Shown here one piece after another: positions 38,046 to 50,974 of a DNA stretch of 64,000 nt (position 1 is its first letter; every line of letters begins with the position of its first letter). Source of the DNA: Vicugna vicugna (taxonomy: Eukaryota); the NCBI GenBank assembly GCA_013265495.1, contig MU063673.1, positions 8,019,694 through 8,083,693 of the forward strand. Reading direction: 5' to 3'. The notes beneath the pieces were generated by a model. That model saw only the letters and a list, made by a program, of their open reading frames with translations, did not search any database and was not told where the DNA came from. The position numbers were made by a program, and so were the translations under genes.

Positions 38046-38429
38046 GACTCTGAAAATGTGCCACTTTTAGCCAACAGATGAATTTGTCTGTCCTCACATT
38101 CAAGTTCAACAAAAGTAATCTAGAATTGGCTGTAAACTATAGTAGTCAACAACTCAATTTAAATATCCAAGTTGGTTTTTTTGCAACTTATTTAAGATCA
38201 CTCCCCACCAATAAGAGCCATGGCTATGTGTGTATGTGTGGAATGGGAAAGTAGATGCCATAACTTTGGCTGATGTACCGTATCTCATGCATTTTGAAAT
38301 AAAATATTTTGCCTGTAATTGGAAGGCTCTAGTTTGGAAGATTTTCAGAAAACCCACTATCCTGGATAATGAAGGGTCACCATACATTTTGATGCTGGAC
38401 TTCCAGGCCTCCTCTAAGAAGAAGGATGC

Positions 38430-40690
38430 AGAAAAAACACAAGCCATGACCCTAAAATGGATTAATGTGGTGATAAGATGGAAAAATTAAAGTTAATTTA
38501 TGATCCCAAAGCCCAAGACAACTTTCAGTTAAATGTGATAAATTTAACCATAAGTTTATCTCCCTTCTAAAACAGCATCAACACTAGTCTCTAACTCTTA
38601 TATGACAGCAAACTATCAAGAATTATAAAGCATATGAGGAATGTTTCCAATGTAAAATAATAAACAAAGGTAAATAAATAAAAGAGGAACCTAAAGAAAA
38701 CAAATAGTAAAGGAAATGGAAGAAAATAATTAAAATTACTCATTTATGGTCTCAGATAAATTTGAAGACATTGTACACTAATAAAGAGCAGGAAACTGAA
38801 AAGAAGAAACAAAAAAGAACTCTTGGAAATAAAAATAAAAATTGCCAAAATGAAACAAGACGTTAAATGCAAATTTTCTTGCAGTCTCAGTTTTAACCAG
38901 ATCAAGATGAACGGATTCCACATCACCTACTTAGTTCACACAAGAGAACTTCCCTTACCTTCACCCATCTTAAGCATATATGAGAGGAGGTGAGATTCAT
39001 GGAGGGAGGGCAGTAGTGAGAACTTCTTTAGAGAGAGGTACCAGTGTGTTCTTCATTGCTCATTTTCCTCTGGGGAAAGGAAATTCACTTTTTAAGGAAT
39101 ACTCAAGGATGTTGCCATATGCTTCCATAAAATTCAGGGGGACAGATGATTGGTACCTAACTGCCCCAACAGAAGAACAAGGAGAAAGGGCTGCAGTGAG
39201 AGCCCACTGCATCCTGCTGGTGGTTGAACAAATCTTTGTGCTTCCCATGTGTCACATGTGGAAACTATGGAAGGGAACAGAAATTGCATCATCCTGAAAG
39301 GGACCCCTGGACAAGCAAGATGTCCCCAATTGTCTATTGAGACAATTGTCTAATTGAAACTATTTTTAAAACCTGGAAGTGGCCCAAGTTTCTTTCAAGG
39401 GCAGGAAGAAAATATTCAAAATAATATGGCTGACAGGCTATGGTATTTAAAAAATGATTTCCTGATTTCAGCCTTACAAGTCCAACTTTTTTTTTCAACA
39501 GACTAGTTACATTTGTGGTTTTTCTTCCTTCAGTATCGCCTTAGTATAGATCTGTAACTATCTTGTCAGCCCCTGGAGCCCCTCCTAATACTCTGAGACA
39601 ATCTGAAAAGTCACAATTAACATCTCTTTATAGAAATAAACATATATAGTAGGCAACTAAGTGACAGTATCAAGAAACTGTCCCAAAATGTAGAATAAAA
39701 GGACAAAGGGATTGTAAAATGAGAGACGGGGGGAAAAAAGATTTAGATCAACACAGAAGGTTTAACATTTAACTACGAAGAATTCCAGAAAGAGAGAAAA
39801 GACAAAATGGATGGGGGGACATTTTTTAAATATAAAATACAAAATAAAGGAAAATTTTCAAGATTTGAAGGACATTAAGTTCCAGACTGAAAGGGCACAA
39901 CAAATGCCTAGGCCTAGTGATTTAAAAAATCAGTACATAAAAAGATCCACACTGAGGAACACTACTGGGATATTTTCAAAATAACAGATAAAGACTCAGA
40001 AAGCATTCCAAAAAGAGGGGGACAGAGTCATCCTCAAAGTATTGGAATCAAAAAGACATTAGACTTTTTAGTAGCCACAGTTAGAAGACAGAGAAACATA
40101 AAGGCAGTATTTTTGTAATTCTGAGAGGAAAAGGTTTTCAACCTAGAATGCTACACTTGTCAGTACTAATCCAGTGTGAGCACAGGCTAAAGCATCTTCA
40201 GATAAGTAGGGCCTCAGAATATTTCTCTTCCCTGCATGCTTTCTTATTATGATCTGCTAAGTTTGGCTTTAGCCAAATGAGGCAGTTAATTCTGAAATAG
40301 AAAGGATACATGAAACGTAAAATCCAATACAGGAAATCAGAAATGTAAAGCATATCCAGATGATGGGAAAGGTAAAGTCCCAGGTGACAAACTGTGCCAT
40401 TACTCTAGAGAGAAAGGAGTTCAGGATAAAGCAAGAAATGAAGAGCTCTGGATGGAGTTCTCCAAGAGGGGGTGGAGAGGAATTGATATCTTATCTGGTG
40501 TATTTGACCTTTGGAAAATAATACTTATAATGGGGAAGTTGAAGGAAAACTAAGAATAAATATATAGAAAACCAAGCCAATTTAATAACAGAAGCAATTG
40601 TGAAGTTGTTTGTACAAGAAATGAGAAATAATTATAGTACACTACTTGGCTCTGCAGTAAATGATAGTACTTAAAACATTGATTTTTTTG
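38430..40690 (+). mobile_element. HAL1/L1ME-like ORF1-related LINE remnant (two blocks, about 38430-38960 and 39590-40690)
   Basis: A-rich degraded ORF1-type motifs: GAATTCCAGAAAGAGAG, AAGTTCCAGACTGAAAGGGCAC, AATTCTGAGAGGAAAAGGTTTTCAACCTAGAAT. Confidence 0.6.
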
Positions 40691-41637
40691 TATTTTTTTT
40701 TATTGAGGTGTAGTTGATTTACAATGTTGTGTTACTTTCTGGTTTATAGCATAGTGATTCAGTCATATATACACATGTATCTATTTTTTTCAGATTATTT
40801 TTCATTATGGGTTATTACAAGCTATTGAATATAGTTCCCTGTGCTGTACAGTATAAACTTGTTGTTTATCTATTTTATCTATAGTAGTTTGTATCTGCTA
40901 ATCTCAAGCTCCTAATTTATCCCTCTCTCCTCTTTCCCCTTTGGTAACCACAAGTTTGTGTTCTAAGTCTGTGAGTCTGTTTCTGTTTCGCAAACAAGTT
41001 CATCTATGTCATATTTTAGATTCTACATGTAAGTGATATGATATTTGTCTTTGTCTGACTTATTTCACTTACTATTATAATCTCTANNNNNNNNNNNNNN
41101 NNNNNNNNNNNNNNNNNNNNNNNNNNNNNNNNNNNNNNNNNNNNNNNNNNNNNNNNNNNNNNNNNNNNNNNNNNNNNNNNNNNNNNNNNNNNNNNNNNNN
41201 NNNNNNNNNNNNNNNNNNNNNNNNNNNNNNNNNNNNNNNNNNNNNNNNNNNNNNNNCTTCTTTCAGAATTAGGGTTTTCTCCAGATATATGCCCAGGAGT
41301 GGGATTGCTGGATCATAAGGTAACTCATTTTTAGTTTTTTTAAGGACTCTCCATACTGTTTTTCTATAATGGCTGCACCAAATTTATATACCCACCAGCA
41401 ATGCAGGAGGATTCCCTTTTCTCCATACCCTCTCCAGCATTTATCATTTGTGGACTTTTTTAACAATGGCCATTCTGACCAANNNNNNNNNNNNNNNNNN
41501 NNNNNNNNNNNNNNNNNNNNNNNNNNNNNNNNNNNNNNNNNNNNNNNNNNNNNNNNNNNNNNNNNNNNNNNNNNNNNNNNNNNNNNNNNNNNNNNNNNNN
41601 NNNNNNNNNNNNNNNNNNNNNNNNNNNNNNNNNNNNN
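40690..41637 (-). mobile_element. Younger L1 3' end, antisense, two N gaps
   Basis: TTTTTATTGAGGTGTAGTTGATTTACAATGTTGTG tail; minus-strand peptide [23 protein letters not shown]. Confidence 0.95.
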
Positions 41638-42114
41638 ATTGATTGTTGATTTAACAAAAATTTTGTTAGAAATTATAAATACTCATGGTATATCATTACA
41701 AATATATTTTTAAATGGGGTGAGAAGGAGAATGGTGTAAAAGCTAGATCCTCATTCCTATAAAGGATACCTATATGCAAAGTATAAAATTAATGCACTAA
41801 GGAATATCAGTATAAGAAATTTGGCAATCTGGAGACCAAAATAATTGCTAAAGGAGTTTTAAGGGAAAGAGGTGGGAGTTCAGGGCATGTGATGGGTGGG
41901 GGAGGGGTAGTGGTGTTTAATAATTATGTTTCTTTTGTCATTTTTTTCTTAATGATATATATTACTTTGACAAAGAATTTAAAAAGAAACAAAAAGAAAG
42001 ATATCCAACATGGCTTGATTCAATTCCAGCAAACATTATTTGTTGGTCACCTTCTTTCTTCAAATCAGTATATTGTGGAGGATTTGAAGACATACACATC
42101 TTGTGGGATTCTTT

Positions 42115-42345
42115 AGGGATGGTGAAAGATTCGGGACTGAATAGTGAGGAACCGGGCTCTGAGATCCAGCCTACACCCTTGCTGGCTGGCTGACTCTCTG
42201 TGCCTGTGTTTCCTCATCTGTAATATGGAAACGGTGTCAGAAGACACATACTGAGTAGGTTATTGGGATGGATTAAGTGAGCAGGTGCGTATAGACCGCT
42301 TCTGTGCCTGGCACATACTAAATGCTCAGTAAGCTGCAGTTATCG
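42115..42345 (+). mobile_element. MIR SINE
   Basis: GTGCCTGTGTTTCCTCATCTGTAATATGG...GTGCCTGGCACATACTAAATGCTCAGTAA. Confidence 0.8.
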
Positions 42346-43684
42346 CTACATTTTACCTGACAACACACACGTCGCCAAGTGGTGAATGGAATACGAGAGG
42401 GCATTCAAAATGCTTAGGAAGCAAAGACGTGGATTTTTTAAAAAGAACTCCCTGATAGAAATAATTGTTAGTTGCAGTTAATTACAGGGCCCTGCTGATG
42501 AACTGAAAAGCTTTGCAAAAGCAACCCAGCGTGTGGCTGACTTGCCCAGCCGGCGTGTGGGTGTGTCTCTGCTCGGCTGCCATCTCCTGCCTTTCCCACA
42601 TCAGGCCAGGTCTGGCACTTCATTATCTTCTCTTGGCTCCACTGGGTTCATCGGTAGAGTTGCTTCTTAAGGTTTCTGCTCCAGCATAACTGCTGACAGC
42701 GTTCACCCCATCTTCTGGCTGTCAGCTGAAAGGCCACAGAGAGTTTATTTCCTGAGGGGGCGCCCTGCTGGAGAACAGATAACCCAAATCCCACATGTTT
42801 ACTTTCTGCAAAAGCAGGCAAGTAAATTCCAAGCTTCTGCCTCTGAAGGCCTTATCTATATGTTCTCTGCTATACTCTTTTCTTGAACTGATATTTCGGC
42901 ACCTATACGACCAGGAAATGGACCAAAGGAAAGCACAGTACACAGCGTGAAGCATCCAAATAAAGACATTTTGTTGGTGTGTGTAGTAACGTGCTAGTAA
43001 TGTGCCTTACATACACTACATTTAGAATTTAGTTTAATGATATCTTATTATTCCCATTTTCCTCAGTAGATTTTAAACCTCTTGCAGGAAAGAACCAGCC
43101 GTTCGACTTCTCTGTAACACCAGTGCCTGGCCCAGTCCTCTCCTGCTGTTAAGTGCTTGTAAATATCCCGGCTTTGAGAAGGAGGGGCTGTGACGTTCCT
43201 GTCCATTTCAGATCTTCAGAACAAATCCTCAGCCACAGGAACCACATGGACAAGCATGGCCCCCTCTCTCATCACTTCTGAACTGTTCCTAGATTTAGTG
43301 CCATTACCTGGGTGTTAAGGGGCTGAGCAGTACTGGGAGGACGGGGGTTCCAGGGAATGGACCATTGCACATTCTGTTGGGGATGAGAGTGTGTGATTGC
43401 GAGATGTCGATGTGTTGTCCTGCTCTGTGAGGCTGAAGAGAGGACGTGGAAATGACAAGGAAGTAGATGAAGTGGCGGAGAGTGCCCAGGTAGTTGCAAA
43501 CCCCCACGGAAGCTGTGAACAAACCCCTGTCTTCAGGGAAACTACATTGTGCTAGATAATCTCCATCAGATAGATTCCAGTGCATTGGGATGGGGTATCA
43601 CTGAATAGCAGAATGTGTGAAAAGAGGGAGCCCTGGGGCCGTGTGCTAAATCAAAAGAGGCAGGAATTAGGAATGTCCGTTTTG

Positions 43685-43870
43685 GCAAGGAGGATATAGC
43701 TCAGTGGTAGAGTACATGCCTAGCAAGCACAAGGTCCTGGGTTCAATCCCCGGTACCTCCATTATAAAGAAAGAAATGAACAAACAAACAAGCAAACAAA
43801 CAAACCTAATTACTTCCCCATGAATATAAATAAAAAGATAAAATTTGTTTTAAATCTAAAAAATAAAATG
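43685..43870 (+). mobile_element. tRNA-Ala-derived SINE (vic-1-like), bipartite tail
   Basis: A box TAGCTCAGTGG, B box GGTTCAATCCC, then (CAAA)n, AAACCTAATTACTTCCCC and a second A-rich tract. Confidence 0.92.
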
Positions 43871-44149
43871 CTGTGTAGATGGTGTTTACCATTCATTAAA
43901 AAGAAAGAAAGAAATGCACATTTTGTCCTATTGTGTATTTCGCTCTAGTCTAGCTCTGTCAACCACTGAACCACCATCCTGCCCCTACCATCCTTCACCA
44001 AGAAAGAAAAAATTGGAACATGTTTGATATAGAATCACGTGGGAAACCATTCTGTGTTCCAACAATAATAAAGAATTTTTTTTGGAACATGATTGTCCAA
44101 TTCAGCATGCAGTCACCAGCATTGTGGCTATTTTAGGAAGCATTCAGTT

Positions 44150-44690
44150 CTTCAGAGACAACTTACACAGCGTGGATTTGAAAAGTTCCCTCCACCTACT
44201 GAAAGCCTGAGACTTGAGGGGCTTTAACAAGAGTACTGTTAGCCTCACCTCCTCCACTTGGACCCTGTTCAGTCCACTCCAGAGCCTGGGCCTCTTGAAG
44301 TGCCTTGAACATGGCAGGATCATTCCCACCTCAAGGCTTCTGCTTTGATTGTCCTCTCTGCCTGGAGTGGTCATCTGTCACACATCTGCAGGTCTCTCCC
44401 CTCACACGTGTTCTGAGGTCATCTCCTTGCAAAGGCCTTCCCTGACCACCTGCCCACCACTTATCCTGCTTCATTTTTCTGTAGGATACTTACTATTTCC
44501 TGAAACTGTAAGATGAATATTTGCTTGTTTATTTGGCTATTTATTTATCTGATTTTTTCCCTAGGCTGTAACTTCCACGAGTACAGATTTCTTGTTTGCT
44601 CTCTTCCCTTCTCCATCCCCAGAGCCTAGAAGAGTAGATGGTGCAGCATGCATGCTCAATAAATATCTGTTGAATAAATAAGTGAATGAT
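44150..44690 (+). mobile_element. L2 LINE 3' end
   Basis: GGCCTTCCCTGACCACC...GCTCAATAAATATCTGTTGAATAAATAAGTGAATGA. Confidence 0.85.
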
Positions 44691-45539
44691 TTGAATCGAA
44701 CTGAGTTTACCTAGAGATACTCATTGAAAGCTCAAGAAAATTAGATCTGCAAATTGTAAGTTACCTCCAACTACAACTAAGGATGCTATACTTAACTCCT
44801 GTAATTAACACTGTATCTTTCATCGAATCATTGGCTTTAGAATGGAATCACCGTTACTGAGCACACATACACACGCACAGAAATTAAGCAAAGTACCAAA
44901 ACAGAAGGGTTTTCCCGGGCCCATGTGCTACATTGGTACATGGATGATATAACCCATAATTTCCAAACCCACCCAACCTGGGGTTTCGGCCCTTTTTTCC
45001 AGCAAGCATGCCCTGGGGGAGCTGAAGCTGGAAGCTAGAGGCTGTGTTTACCATGGGCATGCTCTGGTCTGAGGGCCCCCCGGCTACTGTCACACTGTTT
45101 TTCGTGACTGGAATGTATGGCACTGTTTGGAGGTGGACTAGTGTCTAAATTGAATGGGTGAAGAGAAACAGGCGTGCTCTTTGCCACCTTTGCAGAAAGG
45201 CAGCTGGGGAATAAATGTACTGAATTACCTGCCGTCAATTATGGATGGCTTTGTCTGGAATCCTTTACCCTCTCCAGTTACTTTGACATATGGCCAAAAG
45301 GCAGCTGCCAGCCTGTTGGGTTCTTCAGCAACCTCTTATCCATAGGAGACTTCCTAGGAAAAGACTGAATGCATCCTTAGAAGCTCCTGTGGATTTCTGG
45401 AGAAGTCAGGACAGCCTGGTTGTTTGTAAGAGGACAAGTCATTCATCTATTAATTCATTGAGTTTTATCCATGAAAGAAAGGCTGATATTCAGCAGTTTG
45501 CACCAATACAACTACACCGGTTACTAAAATACTGAAATA

Positions 45540-45757
45540 CAGTTGATGACTGAACAGTGGGGGTGGGGCCTAGGGGGCCCAACCCAGGGCAGTTGAAAAT
45601 CTGCTTATAACTCACGTCATTCCTCCGTATCCACTGTTCCACATCTGTAGATTCAACCAACTGCAGAGCACGTAGGACTGTAACACGTACTATTTGAAAA
45701 CATCCACATATAAGTGGACCCACGCAGTTCAAACCCGTGTTGTTCTAGGGTCCACTG
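45540..45757 (+). mobile_element. Tigger (TcMar) internal-deletion MITE
   Basis: TA then CAGTTGATGACTGAACA...AAGTGGACCCACGCAGTTCAAACCCGTGTTGTTCTAGGGTCCACTG with terminal inverted repeats. Confidence 0.88.
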
Positions 45758-47926
45758 TCCTGAGCCCCCCCCCACAAGGGTTACCTGGGTTGTGCCATCA
45801 GAACTCCTCAGCAGCCCTTCCCCAAATCACCACTCAGCAGTTACTGCCTGACACATCAGGGAGGTCTGAGTATTGGTGCCCTTACTTTCCGTATGATAAA
45901 TATTTAAGTATCAGGCTGCCTGAGGCTGTAATGGCAATGAAACTTTCATTTGAAATTCTATGTCCTTTACTTCATAACAATTCAAGGGTTGCTTAACAGA
46001 GATGGAACTCACATCATGTGAAAATACGAAACTGTTTTGAAACATCCTAAAGGAGGAGTCTCCCGGGATCTGTTTCCATCACCTTACCCTCCCAAAACAA
46101 GCCTCACACCCTCTGCCTAATACGAGAGACTTTCCAAAGAAAGGACGTTCTGGTTTTAACATGTACACCCACGACTGAACAGGGATGCCTGTCCCCACTC
46201 CCGCACGGTCACAACGGCCGGGCTCGATGAGTCAACCGTATTGCATTCCCAGGCTGCACACCACTGCGCTCCCAGAGAAGGTCTGAGGACTGGGTCCAAC
46301 TCATAACATATAACTGCAATGCTTGGCAACCTGTTCCTTTTCTGGAAAAGAACTTTGTCCTCAGCAGTTTCCACATTACACTGCTTGAATCTCACATAAC
46401 TCTGGCCACAGTTTCTGTGCTGTGATGGAGACAATTGCTCAGAAATGAACTAACAGGAGCCCCACTGTGCAGATGACCGTGAGCTTCAGGCACAAGGAGG
46501 GCCTGAGTGGGTTGAAAGGCCCTGCACGGGCACATGGAAAAGAAGGCCTACTAAGCACCGCTAACAGATGTGTAAAGTGAGAGTGGATGCTCAGGGCCAA
46601 GGCCACTGACATTAAATGCAGAGACCAGCTGCCATTTTCCTTCCTCTGGAGAAGAGGGAGGGGTGGGGCCGCCCTCCTCAGTCCCAATTCCCCACTGACT
46701 CCAGGGGGTTCTGAAGGGCCAATGGAAGGGAAGGGGAGACTTCGCCGTCCTGCTGTATTTTCCTCGTTGCACTGCTCTGGGCATTACTCTCCCTTTGAGG
46801 GGGTCCCCTGGCGAGTTGCATTCATCTCTATGAGACAACAGTTTAATCTTTCAATTACCTGAGTTCTGGATTTAACCTTCCTTCCATCCTGAGCCCTGTT
46901 TTCTTTAAAATTTCAAGTCCATTTTCAGTATACAAGGAATGAGCCACCACTATCAAGCTCCCTTTTGTAGAAAAAAAAATATATATATATAGAAATGCAT
47001 GTTGTTATCAGTCCTTATGCCTGTGGTTTTATTTTATAAGCAGCCTGGATATGTGAGTCCCTGTGTGCTTCTGACCAAAACGAAACATGACTTTAAAAGC
47101 ACGGGACTACTTTTCTTAAAGTATCTGACTCCACCAAGCAGGAAGGAAAGACTTTGCCTCCCTTCAGTTTTGTTGTCTTTGGCAGTTGACTTGGCCAGAC
47201 AGGTGATAAATGGGGCAGATTTTAGGGGGAAGCTCTGTCCTGGGGAGAAGGGACAAGAAGGAAGTAGACCAAAAGCCTGGCAGAGAATTTTAGGAGAGCT
47301 CTTACTTCGGGGAAGCTATCAACAGAGCTTGAAGCAAGTGAAAACCAAGTTTCAATTGATGCAGCAAACAGTTAGGCAGAGTCAAGCCTAGTGGAATTGC
47401 CACTTCAGCTGCAGGTTGTCTGACTGAGGGCAGAATCATTGTCCTTTATCATTTAATGTCGGAATTATCATCCACCCATCTTCTGCTAAATCCCTGGAGG
47501 CAATCCCTCGATGCCTGTGTGGAGTGGTCAGAAGAAAGGAGGAGGTGTGCAGAGTGTCCACAAAGTCTGGACGCGTGGCTGAGTGTGCGTGATGTCCTCT
47601 AGGGCACCTTCAGTCTGCGGGAAGGTGAAATAACACCATCTATGTTTCCAGACCTCGTGGACACCCTGTAGTTGGTGAGACAGTGAGTAGAAAAAGGTCA
47701 TAGGACTTACTGTTTATTCCAGGTGTGAACGAGGGGAAATTCAGCATCTATTTTGCAATTATTCACCAAACACTTCTAGAAGAAGTGATTTTTAAGGGTC
47801 TTTGAATAAAGCAGGAGGGCTTTAAAAATTGACCAAGGTGTGCGGGCCAAAGAGGAACACGATTGTTGACCTCGCCCTTTCGGTGTGATTGAGTCCCCGA
47901 TTCAGCCTTCAAGCCTTTGTTTAAAT

Positions 47927-48140
47927 CAGTGTTCCCGATTTAAACAGTTTTGCGCCCAGGGAGTATTTTTCAATGACTAGAGCTATTTTGGTTGTCACAG
48001 CTGGAAGGGGAGAGCTCTTGGCATTTTAGTGGGAAGATGGTAGGGATACTGCTAAACACCCTACAATGTGCAGGGCAGCCCCCCACAGCACAGAATGCTC
48101 CAACCCGAAGTGTCAGTAGTGCCAAGGCTCAGAAACCGTG
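47927..48140 (+). mobile_element. MER20 hAT-Charlie MITE
   Basis: TTTTGGTTGTCACAGCTGG...GCTAAACACCCTACAATGTGCAGGGCAGCCCCCACAGCA...GTCAGTAGTGCCAAGGCTCAGAAACC. Confidence 0.92.
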
Positions 48141-48149
48141 GTGTCAGTG

Positions 48150-48445
48150 TACCTTTTGGGAAGCGTCCCCTGCCAACCTCAAACTATGCTAACGTCCTCT
48201 AATAGCCTCATCTCTCTTTGTACGTTTCCTCCATGGTATTAATCACAATTATAATTCCTCCGTGGTATTCATCACAATTATTATTAAGTGGTATCTGTCT
48301 CTTCCATTAAAAATCAAACCTCCTAGAAAAAGAAAGTGTGTGTATGTCATTCACCACTATAGCCTAGCACCTGGGCCCACAGCAGCATCACAATGCCTGG
48401 CACGGAGTAGAAGGTAAATAAATGTTTGTTGAATGAGTGAATCAC
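48150..48445 (+). mobile_element. L2 LINE 3' end
   Basis: ATGCCTGGCACGGAGTAGAAGGTAAATAAATGTTTGTTGAATGAGTGAAT. Confidence 0.7.
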
Positions 48446-48849
48446 CACATGACTAGAATCCGGAAATAAGCCAAACAGATACTCAAGTCGAGTTGTAGCT
48501 CCTGCAGGCATCTGAAGTTTGTCCCGTGGGCTTGGGCTTCAGCGCTATTTCAGTTCCAGAAAGTGAGTTCTCCTTGGTGTGAAGCGAAGGTGGAACTAAG
48601 ACTCTAACTTCTCCACACATACACTTTTAATGCATAGACTCACTGCAGTATTTCAAGGATTTCAGCATTTCGGCTCTTTACCAGTAAAAGAACTCAGATA
48701 CCAACCATGACAAAAAGAGGAGGTTGAACTAGGATTGATCTTGTGGCAAAAAGACAGGCCATGGGCTCCCAGGATACCTATTCAGCTTCACTCTCTCAGC
48801 CTGTCTCACAGCCATGCAGTGTGGCTGTGTCAGTGGGATAAAAAGGAGA

Positions 48850-49690
48850 TCTGAAATGCAAATGAAAACTACAAGGAGGTATCACCTCACACCGGTCAGA
48901 ATGGCCATCATTAAAAAGTCCACAAAGGATATACGCTGAAGGTGGAGANNNNNNNNNNNNNNNNNNNNNNNNNNNNNNNNNNNNNNNNNNNNNNNNNNNN
49001 NNNNNNNNNNNNNNNNNNNNNNNNNNNNNNNNNNNNNNNNNNNNNNNNNNNNNNNNNNNNNNNNNNNNNNNNNNNNNNNNNNTTTGAAAAGATACGTGCA
49101 CCCCAGTGTTCACAGCAGCNNNNNNNNNNNNNNNNNNNNNNNNNNNNNNNNNNNNNNNNNNNNNNNNNNNNNNNNNNNNNNNNNNNNNNNNNNNNNNNNN
49201 NNNNNNNNNNNNNNNNNNNNNNNNNNNNNNNNNNNNNNNNNNNNNNNNNNNNNNNNNNNNNNNNNNNNNNNNNNNNNTATTAAGTGAAGTAAGTCAGAAA
49301 GAGAAAGACAAGTACCGTATAATATCACTTATATGCGGAATCTAAAAAAAAAAAAAAGACCCAAATGAACTTACTTAAAAAATAGAAACATACCCACAGA
49401 CATAGAAAACAAACTTATGGCTACCAGGGGGTAGTGGGGGAGGTGGGAAGGATAAAGTGGGAGTTTGGAATTTGCAGATACAGACTACTATACATAAAAG
49501 GGATAAACAACAAGGCCCTACTGTATAGCACAGGGAACTATATTCAATAGCTTGTAGTAACCTATGATGAAAAGAATATGAAAAGAAATATATGTATGTA
49601 TATGCATGGCTGAAACATTATGCTGTACACCAGAAATTGACACATTGTAACTGACTATAGTTGAATTTTAAAAAAATTTTTTAAAGATAA
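48850..49690 (+). mobile_element. Younger L1 3' end, two N gaps
   Basis: GGTATCACCTCACACCGGTCAGAATGGCCATCATT...GCTGTACACCAGAAATTGACACATTGTAACTGACT. Confidence 0.95.
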
Positions 49691-49968
49691 AAAGAAACAG
49701 ATGATTTAAACAGATTTTACTTAAACCAAATGTCATTTTGGCATCTATCAATATTAAATGTATTGATGAGATATCTTTTTAAAAATCTGTGTCTTGCTCA
49801 GCCTATATGAGTAAGCAGAGAAATGGGCACTTGGTCTCTCTCAGCTGGGACACAGTGGCCTCTGGCTCTAAGGGCCCAGTGAGTCCTTCCCAGGGAAGGG
49901 TCAGATGCACCGCAAACTCATGTAAAACATACCCTGATTGGGGGAAAAATGAAAGGGAGAGGAAACCT

Positions 49969-50050
49969 TTCACAAGCTGTCCTTGTCACCTGACTGTACA
50001 GCAGAGACTAACACAACATTGTAAATAGACTACATTTCAATTTTTAAAAA
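49969..50050 (+). mobile_element. Very short L1 tail with candidate 9-bp TSD
   Basis: CTGTACAGCAGAGACTAACACAACATTGTAAATAGACTAC; AGGAAACCT at 49960-49968 and 50051-50059. Confidence 0.7.
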
Positions 50051-50974
50051 AGGAAACCTACTAAGACAGAGGTTCGGGGAGAGCCTTTGCTTTCACCATG
50101 AGAGGAAGAGGCAAAACAGGCACCAGCCTTCTCTCCTGGTTGGAACCAGCATCCGCAGAATGCCTGCACCTGGACTAATTAGGCAACAGGAGAAGCAGCC
50201 TGTCTTTGTTTGGACGCCTGGACTCAGGTTTTCTCTCACTCGCAGCTGAACATGGTCCTACCTGATGATACGTCCTTCTGCCTTGGCAGCTAATCTTTCG
50301 CTTTTTAGTGATGTGAGGGCAGAGACGGAAATGTTAGCTATCACAGTTTGGCCTGGGCTTAAATCCCATCTGAAGCACAAAGTGAATACAAGACTCTGAG
50401 GTAGGAGAGACCGTGGCATTGAAAGATTAACGGGGAGTCCAGTCCACACGGCAGTGGGTACAGCAAAGAGAGACACAGCTTGTGGTTTAGGAGGGAGAAA
50501 AATCAAATATCGGGGATACAAAGTGTACCCGGCCGACTTTCCACTTATGTTTTGCCCTTTTTTGTGGGGGAAGCTGGGAGAATGAATGGGTGATTTTAAG
50601 ATGAGAATTTCAAGTGCAGATTTACAGGTTCTGCATGGAGGGAAAGACTTCAGCGTAAAGCAGCTCTTCCACAAAATGTTTACATCTACCCCTTCCTGCT
50701 CCTGTGTTTTTCCGCGAGACTGAACATCTTGGAGATGAGGACCCTGTCATCTTGCTACCAGTTTCTCTGGTCTCTGCTAGCAGCGTGCTGTGCCTACAGG
50801 AAATTCACCTTCAGTATCTTCCCAATTGAACACTTAGTGCTTTCTCCACTTTGGTCTCTAAAGAACATAATTGTGAAAAAAGAGAGAGAGAATGAAAACC
50901 TGGAGGAGGAGATTAATGACTTTTTTTTCTCCTCATCTTCTGCTTTTTAATCTCAAGCAATCGTCCCTATATTT

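Noticed and set aside
42745-42765. CTCF-like AGGGGGCGC core
   Set aside because: The 5' half (TCCTG) fits the CCASY consensus poorly, and a single motif cannot be supported without a PWM scan or ChIP data.
43689-43761. tRNA-Ala(AGC)-like cloverleaf (also 12895-12972 and 37207-37284)
   Set aside because: Stems are mismatched and each is followed by an A-rich tail (one copy has a clear TSD), so these are SINE heads rather than tRNA genes.
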